From: a virus
Reading direction: 5' to 3' (one strand)
Virus record (IMG/VR): IMGVR_UViG_3300023174_000094
Coordinates: 32,001-96,000 of that record
Length of the DNA: 64,000 bases
Below the pieces are notes generated by a model. The model worked only from the letters and a program-made list of their open reading frames with translations. It did not search any database and was not told the origin of the DNA. Below are positions 27,817 to 38,314 of this stretch, piece by piece. Position numbers and translations under genes: made by a program. Positions within the stretch are counted from its first letter, which is position 1. Each line of letters begins with the position of its first letter.

Positions 27817-28060
27817 ATTATTTATTCCAGACTCTCCTCGCCAAGAGCAAGTAGCTGACGCTCTTGCTGGATTCTATAAGAAAGATGATTTATTCGGTGC
27901 AGTATCGGTTTATGTAAAAGCAAAGACTGGACCATTTTTAATATTTGATTTCGCTGTGGAATCTAAATCATTTGTTGATAAGGTAAAGTTTGATAAAAAA
28001 GCCGAGAACAGTTTTAAAAATATTGTAGAAGAAACAAGGAAGAGAATGGTCTCTGAATGA
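27755..28060 (+). CDS. Hypothetical protein upstream of helicase
   Basis: ORF coupled to dnaB (ATGA). Confidence 0.6.
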   Translation: MEVTGAELIKFFKESCDKSNKLFIPDSPRQEQVADALAGFYKKDDLFGAVSVYVKAKTGPFLIFDFAVESKSFVDKVKFDKKAENSFKNIVEETRKRMVSE

Positions 28061-29274
28061 ATTATGAAACAAGGTTGTTGAATGCAATTGTTGATAGCAA
28101 TGGTTATGTTGAAGCTGTCAATCAAGGTGTGGAAAATGTATTTGTAGAAAACAAAGACATTTGGAATTTTATTGTTGGGCATTATGACGAACATAAGAAA
28201 GTTCCGTCAAAAGAGACTGTTAAGCATCACTACCCCGACTTTGATTTTGTTCTGACTCCAGAGCCAATTAAGTATTACATTGATGAAGCAAAGCGTGAAT
28301 CGCTCTCTTATCAAACGAGAACGATTGTTGCCAGAGCGCATGCAATTCTAGGCGAGCTTGGTCCTAAAGATTCTCTTTCATATCTTATGGAAGAAACATC
28401 TCGTCTTTATAAATTCTCAAGCAGTCTGAAAGATACAGACCTCGCTGGTGAATGGAGAGATCGTGCATCAAATCTTAAAGAACGATCCACTAGAGATAAC
28501 AATGAACTTCAAGGTCTACCTAGCGGAATCAATGTTATTGACAAGACATTTGGCGGTTGGCAACCTGGCGACTTTATTGTTCTTCTTGGATGGACAGGAG
28601 TCGGTAAATCATTTATTGCAAGATTGTTTGCAGTAAATGCTTGGAAGGCTGGATACAGACCTCTAATCATTTCTCTTGAGATGAATAAGATGCAAGAGGG
28701 GCAGAGACTTGATACTTTGCTTAACAATGGTGAGGGTAACTTTACCAACACCGATCTTGTAAGAGCAAACCCTCTTGTTGTTGATAAGTATGAGAAGTGG
28801 GCGGAAGCTACATTTGAAGGCAAGCATGCAATCCATCTCGTAACATCAGAGGGTCTTGAGACAGCAGATCAAAACATGGTTCAGGCAAAGATTGACCAAT
28901 ACCATCCTGACTTGGTAATTCTTGATTATCACGGTTTGTTTGATGATGCCAGCGGTGCAAAGACCGAGACTGAGAAAGCAAAGAACCTATCTAAAGCTTT
29001 TAAGCGCATGGCGGTTAAGAATAATGTGCCGATCATAGATGTTGCTGCAGTAACAATGTCTGAGGGGCACTCAGAGAGACCACCAGAGCTAGAAGAAGTA
29101 GCGTGGAGTAAGCAGTTGGCTTATGACGCTGACTTAGTTCTTGCAATCCATAGAGAACCATCCTCGGATGTTTTCCAGGTTGTTTCAAGAAAGGTTAGAC
29201 GAGCCCATCACTTTGGTTTCTATCTTAGATGGAATCTAGAAACTGGTAAGTGGGCAGAGGAGTGGGATATCTAA
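28057..29274 (+). CDS. dnaB: DnaB-like replicative helicase
   Basis: Walker A GWTGVGKS, ISLEM, VILDY, DADLVLAI. Confidence 0.9.
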   Translation: MNYETRLLNAIVDSNGYVEAVNQGVENVFVENKDIWNFIVGHYDEHKKVPSKETVKHHYPDFDFVLTPEPIKYYIDEAKRESLSYQTRTIVARAHAILGELGPKDSLSYLMEETSRLYKFSSSLKDTDLAGEWRDRASNLKERSTRDNNELQGLPSGINVIDKTFGGWQPGDFIVLLGWTGVGKSFIARLFAVNAWKAGYRPLIISLEMNKMQEGQRLDTLLNNGEGNFTNTDLVRANPLVVDKYEKWAEATFEGKHAIHLVTSEGLETADQNMVQAKIDQYHPDLVILDYHGLFDDASGAKTETEKAKNLSKAFKRMAVKNNVPIIDVAAVTMSEGHSERPPELEEVAWSKQLAYDADLVLAIHREPSSDVFQVVSRKVRRAHHFGFYLRWNLETGKWAEEWDI

Positions 29275-29456
29275 TGGATAGTCCTGCATTAACTGGAACT
29301 GCAAAAGATATAGAAACTATTGCGAAGCTTAGACCCTGGATGGAAGATGAGGCAAGGTTAAAGTATGGCTACACAGGGAAGACCAAGTTATTCACGGACT
29401 ACGACAAGCAGTCTGACACATTCTCGTTTTCAATTGTTTTCCAAGATGAATTTTGA
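29274..29456 (+). CDS. Hypothetical protein
   Basis: TAATG-coupled ORF between helicase and primase. Confidence 0.6.
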   Translation: MDSPALTGTAKDIETIAKLRPWMEDEARLKYGYTGKTKLFTDYDKQSDTFSFSIVFQDEF

Positions 29457-30345
29457 AAATGAAGTAAAGGATTTATTCAATAAGTTTGGTATCCATACTC
29501 ATGGTGAGTCTGGCAATGAGTTAACCATTTATTGCCCATTCCATAAGAATAAAAACACGCCTTCTTTTTATATCAACAAGAAAACTGGGTTATGGCAATG
29601 CTTTAATCCATCGTGCGGTAAGAAAGGTAACTTCAGACAGCTCTTTCGTCAAGTTACTGGTAAGCCCTACGGTAGAGATACTGCACTTGACCCAGTAGCA
29701 TTAAAGAATCAATTAGAGCAAGCTTTAAAGCCAGTCATAACTCCAGAAGAGATTACTATTGATGGTTTAATGATTGATTACGATTCTGATTTGGCTAAGG
29801 AAAAGCTTATGCCATTTCTTGAGCGTGGTTTGTCTATGGATACATTAAGGCATTTTGAAGTTGGTTTCTCTGAGGCTAAGAATAGAATTGTTATTCCAGT
29901 AAGAAATGCTCAATACAAAGTGATTGGTCTTATTGGAAGAGCAATAAGTTCAGAGCAGGAACCTCGTTATCTTTATAACTCGGGTTTTAAACGAGCTACA
30001 ATATTATTCAATATTCAGAATGCAAAAAACTACAGTGAAGTTATTATTGTAGAGGGAAGTGTTGATGCGATGAAGGTGCATGAGGCAGGATTCCCTAATG
30101 TCGTAGCAACTCTTGGAGCGCAAGTTTCACCACAACAAGTAACAATGTTGAAGAAATATTTTGACAGAATTGTTATATTTTCTGACAATGATGACGCTGG
30201 TAAAGCAATGAGGGATGCTATACTGGATACCTGCTGTGGTAAAGAGATTTGGATTGCCGATATTGCCGATGGATTGAAAGATCCAGGGGAGATGGATGCA
30301 AACCAAATTAATAACAGTATAATTAACAAACACATAACAATATAG
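29446..30345 (+). CDS. dnaG: DNA primase (CHC2 Zn finger plus TOPRIM)
   Basis: CPFH...PSF...C....CG; VEGSVDA; DNDDAG; KDP. Confidence 0.9.
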   Translation: MNFENEVKDLFNKFGIHTHGESGNELTIYCPFHKNKNTPSFYINKKTGLWQCFNPSCGKKGNFRQLFRQVTGKPYGRDTALDPVALKNQLEQALKPVITPEEITIDGLMIDYDSDLAKEKLMPFLERGLSMDTLRHFEVGFSEAKNRIVIPVRNAQYKVIGLIGRAISSEQEPRYLYNSGFKRATILFNIQNAKNYSEVIIVEGSVDAMKVHEAGFPNVVATLGAQVSPQQVTMLKKYFDRIVIFSDNDDAGKAMRDAILDTCCGKEIWIADIADGLKDPGEMDANQINNSIINKHITI

Positions 30346-30353
30346 GAGACAAT

Positions 30354-31001
30354 ATGTCATTTCAATCACTTAAAACCCTAAAAGACCTTGAGAGTGCAGT
30401 AGCACCAACTCAAGGCGCTAAATCAGGAGTAAAGAAATACTTTACTCTTCAGTCAGGCGATTCGTTCAGGATTCGCTTTCGTCAAGAGCTCACAGAGGAT
30501 GCTTCAAACTTCACAGAAGAAGTCGGAACTGGTATTACAGTTCCAGTTGTAACTTCACCAATCAACTGGAAGTGGAGAGTTGCATCTACCGCTTCATTTG
30601 AGAAGTACAACTATCGTTGCTGGGCTAGTGAACAGTCAGTAAAGGATAAGGCATGGAGAGCCAAGCCTCACTTGCTTATCAATATCGCAGTTGAAATTGA
30701 GCCAGGAGTATGGGAACCTCGTATCCTTGACACCACTTTTAATCAACGCCATGTTGGTCTTACACTGATTGAATACGCTAAGGAATTCGGTACCATTATG
30801 GACCGAGAGTATAAGTATTCCCGAACTGGTTCATCAGCATCGGATACAAACTACAGCCTTATTCCGCTGAGCGTATCAGAAGTGCCAAAGGGCGTTGCAG
30901 ACATGCCAATGCATGAATTGGAAAATGTCTACATGACACTTCCATATGAGAAGCAACAAATCTTCTTGACAACTGGTGAGTTGGGCAAGGATACTTGGTA
31001 A
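30354..31001 (+). CDS. Single-stranded DNA-binding protein (gp32-like)
   Basis: IRIRFRQEL...R.YKYSRTG....TNYSLIP pattern; follows primase; own terminator. Confidence 0.6.
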   Translation: MSFQSLKTLKDLESAVAPTQGAKSGVKKYFTLQSGDSFRIRFRQELTEDASNFTEEVGTGITVPVVTSPINWKWRVASTASFEKYNYRCWASEQSVKDKAWRAKPHLLINIAVEIEPGVWEPRILDTTFNQRHVGLTLIEYAKEFGTIMDREYKYSRTGSSASDTNYSLIPLSVSEVPKGVADMPMHELENVYMTLPYEKQQIFLTTGELGKDTW

Positions 31002-31013
31002 AAATTGTAAATT

Positions 31014-31038
31014 GGGGAGGGGGAAACCCCTCCCCTTT
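31014..31038 (+). terminator. Intrinsic terminator
   Basis: ggggagggg-GAAA-cccctcccc followed by ttt. Confidence 0.75.
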
Positions 31039-31052
31039 GACAAAGGATTTTT

Positions 31053-31580
31053 GTGAAGCGTAAAACTATCGCTCTTGACCTTGATGGCGTAATTGCCGAC
31101 ATTGATACTGCAATTACAGATTATTTGTGGTACACATTTGGTGTAGACAATGAAGACTATAGTAGCTGGTTAATTAGCGATACAAAAGATGAAAACGCTC
31201 TAAAGTTATTTTCAGATAAACTATTCTGGAAAAATATGAAACCATTTGAAGACGCATGGTATCAAGTTAATAAATGGTTTTCCGATGATGTTGATATTCA
31301 CATTGTAACTGCAAGGCGGTCAGAAGCTTCAGTAAGCATGACAGAGCCCTGGCTTGATGGATGGGGTATTAATACATTAATACCTACATTTGCCAAAATA
31401 AACGAGAAGCATGAAGTTATATCTAAGATAGATCCCATCTTTGCTGTTGAAGATAACCCTTACGAAGTTATCTCGCTAAGAGATCATGGGATTAACTGTT
31501 ACCTCAGAAAAGCATGGTACAATAAGCCATTCTGGAATGAAGTACCTTGTATTGAAACACTCTACGATTTGGAGATTTAA
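31053..31580 (+). CDS. HAD-family 5'(3')-deoxyribonucleotidase-like protein
   Basis: LDLDGVIAD, IVTAR, VEDN, WYN motifs. Confidence 0.8.
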   Translation: MKRKTIALDLDGVIADIDTAITDYLWYTFGVDNEDYSSWLISDTKDENALKLFSDKLFWKNMKPFEDAWYQVNKWFSDDVDIHIVTARRSEASVSMTEPWLDGWGINTLIPTFAKINEKHEVISKIDPIFAVEDNPYEVISLRDHGINCYLRKAWYNKPFWNEVPCIETLYDLEI

Positions 31581-34500
31581 GTGACAGATTTTGTTCACCT
31601 GCACTGCCATAGCGAGCACTCGCTACTGGATGGAATGTCAACGCCCGAAGAGATTGCACAGATTTCAAGCTCAAATGGTCAGTTTGCTGCTGCCATTACT
31701 GATCATGGGACAATGGGTGGTGTTCTAAGATTCCAGGATGCATGTAGAAAAAATAATGTAAGACCATTGTTTGGTGTTGAATCGTATTTTGTACCATCAG
31801 TTAAAAGTGATAGTGATGATAAGAGCGAAAGATTTCACTTGATTCTTCTTGCCAAGAACAATCAAGGACTCAATAAGTTATTCAAAATGTCTCAAATTGG
31901 ATGGCAGGATAACTTCTATTACAAGCCAAGAATTGACTTTGAACTTCTTGAGGACTTGGTTGATGATGATGTAATTGCATTGTCGGGCTGCAGAGGAAGC
32001 GCTATATCAAAAGCCATAGAGGCTGGTGATTACTCCAGGGCGGAGCAGTTGTCGGAGCGATTCATCAAGATATTTAAAGATGATTTTTATTATGAACTGC
32101 AGGCGTGGAATCCAAAGGAGATTAACGATGGATTACTTGATCTTGCCTCTACATTCGGAAAGAAAGCTTTAGCAACTGCTGATTGCCATTTCCCTACGCA
32201 TGAAGATAAGGGGTGCGAAGAAGTTCTTCTTCTTATTTCCCAGTATCCAAGCCTTGGTGCCAGCGCTACAAATGCGGCTAAAGATAGTCTTGCAACAATC
32301 AATACAGTTGGATCTGATGTGTTGAGCAAGGTTAATCACATGTATCCAAATAGATTTTTAAGATTTGATGATATTAATCCATACATCGCAAACGCTACTA
32401 CTGTTCAATCCTGGTTTAAAGAAGTTGGTTATGACAGAACAGATTTGTTTGAGAATACATTGGAAGTCGCTCATAAATGCAGTGCAGAAATCGCAAAGAA
32501 GCGCAACTTGCTTCCGAAATATATTAAATCACTTGACTCAGATGATTACTTGCGAGAAGTGTCTGAATTTAGATTAAAAGAGCTTGGGCTCAGCAATGAA
32601 TACAAAGAAAGACTTAATGAAGAACTAGAGATTATTAAAGGATTGGGTTTCTCTGACTACTTCTTGATGGTATGGGACTTAATCTCATGGGCTGACGCTA
32701 ATAACATTGGGCGTGGTACTGGTAGAGGTTCTGTTGGCGGTAGCTTACTTGCGTACCTGCTAAAGATATCAAAAGTAGATCCGATCAAATACAATCTATT
32801 ATTCGCTCGCTTTATTAATCCTGAGCGAAATGACTATCCCGACATTGACTTAGACTTTGAAGATAAGCGCAGAGGTGAGATTAAAGAATATCTTAGACAG
32901 CGATGGGGCAAAGACAATGTTGCTGCTATTACAACATTTGGGACATTCAAGGCTAAATCTGCTGTAAAAGATGTTGCTAGAGTTCTTCAGGTTCCTTACG
33001 ATGAAACAAACAATGTTACTCAGTTCTTTGAGACAATTGAGGAATTGATTGAATCACCAAAGGGCAAAGCATTCTGTAATAAATATCCTGATGTGCCAAA
33101 GCTTGCAAAGAGATTAGAGGGTCGTGTTCGCAATACAGGCGTACACGCTGCTGGAATGGTTGTTTCATCTATTCCATTAAATGAAGTATGCCCAATTGAA
33201 ACTAGAAAAGAAACAGACGGTGGTGAGCGTGTAACGGTTACTGCTTTTGACATGACCGATGCAGAAGCTGTTGGTCTTATTAAAGTTGACATTTTAGGTC
33301 TAAAGACCGTATCTGTGATTAAAGATTGCCTAGCGAAGATTAAAGAGCGCACAGGCAAGGATGTAGAGGCTGAGTCTCTAATGCTTGACGATGAATTGGT
33401 CTTTAAGAACTTTAATGACGGTAATACCGTAGGTGTATTCCAGACTGATGCGGCTGCCTACAGAAACCTTATTGAGAGAATGGGAATTGACAATTTTAAC
33501 GACCTTGTTGTGTCTAATGCTCTGGTAAGACCAGGCGCTCTTCTTTCTCAGGGTCAAAAATATATTGACTGCAAAAAGGGAGTCACTCAGCCATATTTTC
33601 CTGATGAATCAGTAAGAGAGATCTTGGAAGAAACATATGGGACAGTGATTTTTCAAGAACAATTGATGCAAATGTCAGTAAAGCTTTCGGGATTTACATG
33701 GTCGGATGCAGATAAGTTAAGAAAGATCATCGGAAAGAAAAGAGATGTTAAGGAATTTAAAGAGTTTAAAGATAAGTTTGTCAATAATGCAATCATTCCA
33801 AAAGCAGAGGCAAGGCAGATCTGGTCTGAGTTTGAAATGTCTGCTCTATATATGTTCAATAAATCACATGCTGTAGCGTATTCAATGCTTTCATATCAAA
33901 CAATGTGGTTGAAAGTTAACTATCCACTTGAATTTATTTGGTCTCTTCTATATAACGAAGATTCGGCTGAAAAGATTACTGCATACCTGATGGAAGCTCA
34001 AAGAATTGGTATTCCAATTCTTCCACCTGATGTCAACTACTCAGAAGAATACTTTACTACTGATAGCAGTACTGGTCTTGATGCGATTAGATTCGGTCTT
34101 GCGAATATCGCTGGATGTGGTAAGGCTGCTATTAAAGAGATTGAAGCAAAAAGACCATTTACCTGCCTTGATGAGTTTAATAATAAATGCTCCAAGTCTG
34201 CTGTTAAAGCACCATTGAGAGAAAATCTTGAAAAGGTCGGAGCTTATGCATCACTAGGTCATGTCTCTCAGTTTCAACATGAAAGATATTACTTACCAAT
34301 CCTGGGATTTTCAATTAAGGCTGGTGAAGAAAAGAATGAAATGGATGAGTTCGTTGGCAACCTTGCTGATTTCCATGAAATCAACTCACCCCTGACATTG
34401 ATTAAAGCAATTGTTAGATCAACAAAGAAAACACCCCAATATCTAAGAATTGAATTTGAAGATTACTCTGGCTCATCAACTGTGTTTGCAAGTAGAGATA

Positions 34501-34979
34501 CAGAGCTGGCTAATAGGGATTATGTCTATGCACTAATTGGAGATAGAACGCTTCATTCATTCTGTGATGCGTACAATTTTGTTGATACTGATTTGCATAA
34601 GTTTATTATGCTAAGACAAAAGGGTGACAATCACGAATATAGCTGGCTGTATGATACTGGGCTGGGTCATATCGGTGAGGAAAAGACTCTTATGTATATT
34701 ATGCACTCTAGAGTGTTTACTACGGCTAAAGATAAGACAATGGCAAACCTGTATTGTTGGGATGGACAGCAGATATTTAAAGTTGTTATATTCCCTAGAC
34801 CGTATGCGAAATTGAAATCTGTTATTAAACAGGGACAATGGTATGCAGCTAGGCTTTCTAAAATTGAAGAAAAAGATGTATTAGGTAGATTGGATTCATA
34901 CAAGGTGGATTCTGACTCTGCTATAATCTCAATTGAAAATTATATTGAGCGTAAAAATTTAGTAAAGGCAACTGCATAG
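31581..34979 (+). CDS. dnaE: DNA polymerase III alpha subunit
   Basis: PHP domain FVHLHCHSEHSLLDG, TDHG; GRGS; PDIDLDF; HAAG; FNKSHA. Confidence 0.95.
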   Translation: MTDFVHLHCHSEHSLLDGMSTPEEIAQISSSNGQFAAAITDHGTMGGVLRFQDACRKNNVRPLFGVESYFVPSVKSDSDDKSERFHLILLAKNNQGLNKLFKMSQIGWQDNFYYKPRIDFELLEDLVDDDVIALSGCRGSAISKAIEAGDYSRAEQLSERFIKIFKDDFYYELQAWNPKEINDGLLDLASTFGKKALATADCHFPTHEDKGCEEVLLLISQYPSLGASATNAAKDSLATINTVGSDVLSKVNHMYPNRFLRFDDINPYIANATTVQSWFKEVGYDRTDLFENTLEVAHKCSAEIAKKRNLLPKYIKSLDSDDYLREVSEFRLKELGLSNEYKERLNEELEIIKGLGFSDYFLMVWDLISWADANNIGRGTGRGSVGGSLLAYLLKISKVDPIKYNLLFARFINPERNDYPDIDLDFEDKRRGEIKEYLRQRWGKDNVAAITTFGTFKAKSAVKDVARVLQVPYDETNNVTQFFETIEELIESPKGKAFCNKYPDVPKLAKRLEGRVRNTGVHAAGMVVSSIPLNEVCPIETRKETDGGERVTVTAFDMTDAEAVGLIKVDILGLKTVSVIKDCLAKIKERTGKDVEAESLMLDDELVFKNFNDGNTVGVFQTDAAAYRNLIERMGIDNFNDLVVSNALVRPGALLSQGQKYIDCKKGVTQPYFPDESVREILEETYGTVIFQEQLMQMSVKLSGFTWSDADKLRKIIGKKRDVKEFKEFKDKFVNNAIIPKAEARQIWSEFEMSALYMFNKSHAVAYSMLSYQTMWLKVNYPLEFIWSLLYNEDSAEKITAYLMEAQRIGIPILPPDVNYSEEYFTTDSSTGLDAIRFGLANIAGCGKAAIKEIEAKRPFTCLDEFNNKCSKSAVKAPLRENLEKVGAYASLGHVSQFQHERYYLPILGFSIKAGEEKNEMDEFVGNLADFHEINSPLTLIKAIVRSTKKTPQYLRIEFEDYSGSSTVFASRDTELANRDYVYALIGDRTLHSFCDAYNFVDTDLHKFIMLRQKGDNHEYSWLYDTGLGHIGEEKTLMYIMHSRVFTTAKDKTMANLYCWDGQQIFKVVIFPRPYAKLKSVIKQGQWYAARLSKIEEKDVLGRLDSYKVDSDSAIISIENYIERKNLVKATA

Positions 34980-34983
34980 TTTA

Positions 34984-35706
34984 ATGAATCTAACTATCTA
35001 TATCCCAACATACAGGAGAGATTCATTAGATGCTTGTTTAAACAGCATTGTCTCTCAATTTAATACAAATCTAGAGATAATTGTCTCAGATAATGACCAA
35101 GATTTCTATGCAAGTAGTATAGTTTCTAAATATAGAAATTATGTTACTGAGTATTCAGCGAGAAAACAGAACATAGGTTGCGATGGTAACTGTCTATATG
35201 GAATAACTGCTGGAACATCAGAGTATGTTTGGGTTGTTGGAGATGATGACATTATCCTTCCAGGGGCGATAGATGCAGTTATGCCAATGCTGAATGGTGT
35301 AGATAGAATTATGCAGTTTGCGCCATATTCTGGCGAAGTAATACCTGGTTTTTCTGGTACAATGGCTGAATTGATAAATAAGTTAAATGATAAATCGTTT
35401 TTAATTGCAACAACGCTTGCAAGTATGAATATATGGAAAAGAGAAGTGATGGATTACAGAATTGGGGTTAAGAATCTAGATTCAAGAAATGTTCTAGCTT
35501 GGTCTGGTATTAACTGTAAGACGGTATCTATTCCCAACATCCCGACAGTGCTTGTTAATGATACTAATTCATATGAATTTAAAGATTTTGATACAGTAAT
35601 GTTTGAATATTCAGATGCTTTAGCTGATGCTAACGGAGTAAATAGATTTACATTTTATAATGCAAATAAATGGAACTTTGTTAGTTCCTCATTGGAGAAA
35701 AAATGA
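34984..35706 (+). CDS. Glycosyltransferase family 2 (GT-A)
   Basis: LTIYIPTY.R, EIIVSDN, NIG...N, YVWVVGDDD. Confidence 0.85.
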   Translation: MNLTIYIPTYRRDSLDACLNSIVSQFNTNLEIIVSDNDQDFYASSIVSKYRNYVTEYSARKQNIGCDGNCLYGITAGTSEYVWVVGDDDIILPGAIDAVMPMLNGVDRIMQFAPYSGEVIPGFSGTMAELINKLNDKSFLIATTLASMNIWKREVMDYRIGVKNLDSRNVLAWSGINCKTVSIPNIPTVLVNDTNSYEFKDFDTVMFEYSDALADANGVNRFTFYNANKWNFVSSSLEKK

Positions 35707-36137
35707 TTGTATATACTGGCGGTACATTTGACCTCTTTCACTCAGGTCATGTGAGGTTGCTAAAGAAGTGTAGGGATTTGGCTGGTATTGATGGAGAAGT
35801 TGTTGTCTCTGTAAACCCAAGTGAATTTGTCTCTGTCTATAAAGAACCACCAATTTGTGATTTGCTTGAAAGAATGGAAGTGGTCGCTTCATGCAAATGG
35901 GTTGATAAAGTTATCATCAATACAGGTGGAGCTGATTCAAAACCTGCTATTCTAGAGGCAAAACCTGATCTAATCGTTGTTGGTTCCGACTGGGAAAATA
36001 AAGACTATCACAAACAAATGGGCTTTACCCAGGAGTGGTTGGATGAACATAACATCAAAGTTGTGTTCGTACCGTATACAGAAGAAATCTCAACAACAAT
36101 TATTAAAGCAAGAATTTTAGATAGAATGTTCCAATAA
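35703..36137 (+). CDS. Cytidylyltransferase (TagD/RfaE-like)
   Basis: GGTFDLFHSGH, VGSDW, PYTEEISTT. Confidence 0.85.
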   Translation: MIVYTGGTFDLFHSGHVRLLKKCRDLAGIDGEVVVSVNPSEFVSVYKEPPICDLLERMEVVASCKWVDKVIINTGGADSKPAILEAKPDLIVVGSDWENKDYHKQMGFTQEWLDEHNIKVVFVPYTEEISTTIIKARILDRMFQ

Positions 36138-36146
36138 AGGAGAAAT

Positions 36147-37061
36147 ATGTTAATTGTAGATAAAAGAAAAGGCGACACAATGCCTATTCACGATGTTATT
36201 CCAACCCCCAGTATCGGTTTAAATCGGGCTTTGGGTGGCGGTTTAAATACTGGTGCGACTCACTTGTTTTGGGGTACGCCATCGGTGGGCAAAACGACTA
36301 TGTGTTTTCGGATTATTGCCGAAGCCCAAAAGCTTGGGTATCGCCCTGTCATTATTGACTCGGAGTCATCTTATAATGATGAGTATGCTGCCAAATGCGG
36401 GATTGATATTGAAGATGTCGTAATCATTCAATCCACGATTGTGGAAGATATCATGAAGAATCTGATTGGATATCTGACGGATGATAAAGAAAAACATATT
36501 TTCTTGTTTGACTCATTGTCTAATATCATCAAGGAAGAGTTCTACGATAAGCCTGAGGGTGGGAAAGCAATGGGCTTGCAATCACGCTCGCAAGGCTACC
36601 TGCTACAAAAGCTGGTGAACTATCTCCATAAGGAGCGCAACATCATGTTGTTTGTTGCTCACCAAACAGTTGACTTGAGCGGAATGTTTGCGGTGACAAA
36701 AGCCAAGATGGGCAACACGGTTCACCATAACATGCACAACATCGTCAAACTCTTTCTCTCAATGTCAAAGAGCGAAATGGAGCGTGAGGAGAACAATATG
36801 ATCACCTCGCAACGAGCAACCTGGACTGTTGAAAAAACAAAACAGATTCCCACAATCGGGGCAACGGGTTATTATTATGTTCTCCCACAAGAGGGGCGAA
36901 TTGATCAATATCGTGAAATTATTGATATTGCAATTGAGATGGATATTATTCAGCGCAAGGGTGCCTGGTATTCCTATGAAGAAAGTAAATGGAATGGCAT
37001 GGGAGCAATTGAGTTGTCTGACAAGCAGACGAAGGAAATACTCAAGCGCATAAATGCATGA
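36147..37061 (+). CDS. recA: RecA-like recombinase
   Basis: GTPSVGKTT, IDSE, FDSL, IIQRKGAWYSY. Confidence 0.85.
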   Translation: MLIVDKRKGDTMPIHDVIPTPSIGLNRALGGGLNTGATHLFWGTPSVGKTTMCFRIIAEAQKLGYRPVIIDSESSYNDEYAAKCGIDIEDVVIIQSTIVEDIMKNLIGYLTDDKEKHIFLFDSLSNIIKEEFYDKPEGGKAMGLQSRSQGYLLQKLVNYLHKERNIMLFVAHQTVDLSGMFAVTKAKMGNTVHHNMHNIVKLFLSMSKSEMEREENNMITSQRATWTVEKTKQIPTIGATGYYYVLPQEGRIDQYREIIDIAIEMDIIQRKGAWYSYEESKWNGMGAIELSDKQTKEILKRINA

Positions 37062-38314
37062 TCTTTTCAATTCATACTGATCAGCATATCAAAGATGCGG
37101 TAAATATCTTTGGCTATGCCTATGGTTATACCAATATTGTAAAGCACTTTAATCAATTTACTTATGGCGATAAACAGCTAGAAGTTCTTGAAAACAACCC
37201 TGCTGCGCAGATTCAAATGTTTTATATGGAACCTGAATGGCATCATCCTGTTACTGGTCAGGATTTCCGTCAGCCAGGATTTAAAAAGCATTATGACCAT
37301 CAATATAAGATTAATGGCACATATCTAGAGGCTACAAGAGCTTGGGATTGGTGGATTCCCACCATGAAAACATTTGATGAGATCTGGGTAGGTAATCAGT
37401 TCTCTGTTGAAGCAATTGCTAATTCTGGTGTTAAGACTCCAACATATGTATTTGAGTTAGGCATTGATAAGATGTGGACACCTAAGATGCGTGGAAAAGG
37501 TAACAAGATCCGCTTCCTACATGTGGACTCAGATAGCCCTAGAAAGCGTGTAGATCTCGTTGAGAAGGCTTTTTTAATGCTCTTTGAGGGAAGAGATGAT
37601 GTTGAGCTAACTTTAAAATACCACAGCAAGGGTGAAGCTAGTGGATATAGCGTACTTGAGCTTTTCAAGGACAAAGAGCATCCGAATATTAATAGGATAT
37701 ATAGAACGGTTAAGCAAGAAGATATGGTCAAGCTATACCACGATCATGACATTTTGGTTTACCCATCCGAAGGCGAAGGGTTCGGTCTAATCCCACTCCA
37801 GGCGCTGGCAACAGGTATGCCTACAATCTCAACGGGAAGATGGTGTTCTTATGAAAGATTCTTGGGTGACAATGTTATTGAATCAACCCTCGGTAAAACG
37901 CAACATACTGGATATCACACAGGCAATGTCATTCTTCCAGAACTTGATTCGCTTCTTGATCTGATGAGAAATGCAGTTGACAATATTGACTCACAATGTG
38001 AGTTTTATTATAAGCAGGCACCGCAAGTTATAAAAGATTATGACTGGCAGAACCAGTGCAACAAGATGCTTAATTCTTTAATAAAGCGTGTTGGTCCTGA
38101 TATGTTTGAGCCTATCGGAAAGATATTCAAAAATAAATATATTTATTTCCAGAATGGAGCAGGGTACAGCACAGAGTCTGGTGTAAAATTTACTAGACAA
38201 AAACCGATTCAAAAAGTTACTGAAGCGGAATATAGTTCTTTAATTATAAATTCCAACTTTAGAAAACCAACAGAAGAAGAAATAATTAAACATTTAGGAG
38301 GCTATAATGAGTGA
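37058..38314 (+). CDS. Glycosyltransferase family 4 (GT-B) with extra C-terminal domain
   Basis: DEIWV, RK, YPSEGEGFGLIPLQALATGMP. Confidence 0.85.
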   Translation: MIFSIHTDQHIKDAVNIFGYAYGYTNIVKHFNQFTYGDKQLEVLENNPAAQIQMFYMEPEWHHPVTGQDFRQPGFKKHYDHQYKINGTYLEATRAWDWWIPTMKTFDEIWVGNQFSVEAIANSGVKTPTYVFELGIDKMWTPKMRGKGNKIRFLHVDSDSPRKRVDLVEKAFLMLFEGRDDVELTLKYHSKGEASGYSVLELFKDKEHPNINRIYRTVKQEDMVKLYHDHDILVYPSEGEGFGLIPLQALATGMPTISTGRWCSYERFLGDNVIESTLGKTQHTGYHTGNVILPELDSLLDLMRNAVDNIDSQCEFYYKQAPQVIKDYDWQNQCNKMLNSLIKRVGPDMFEPIGKIFKNKYIYFQNGAGYSTESGVKFTRQKPIQKVTEAEYSSLIINSNFRKPTEEEIIKHLGGYNE

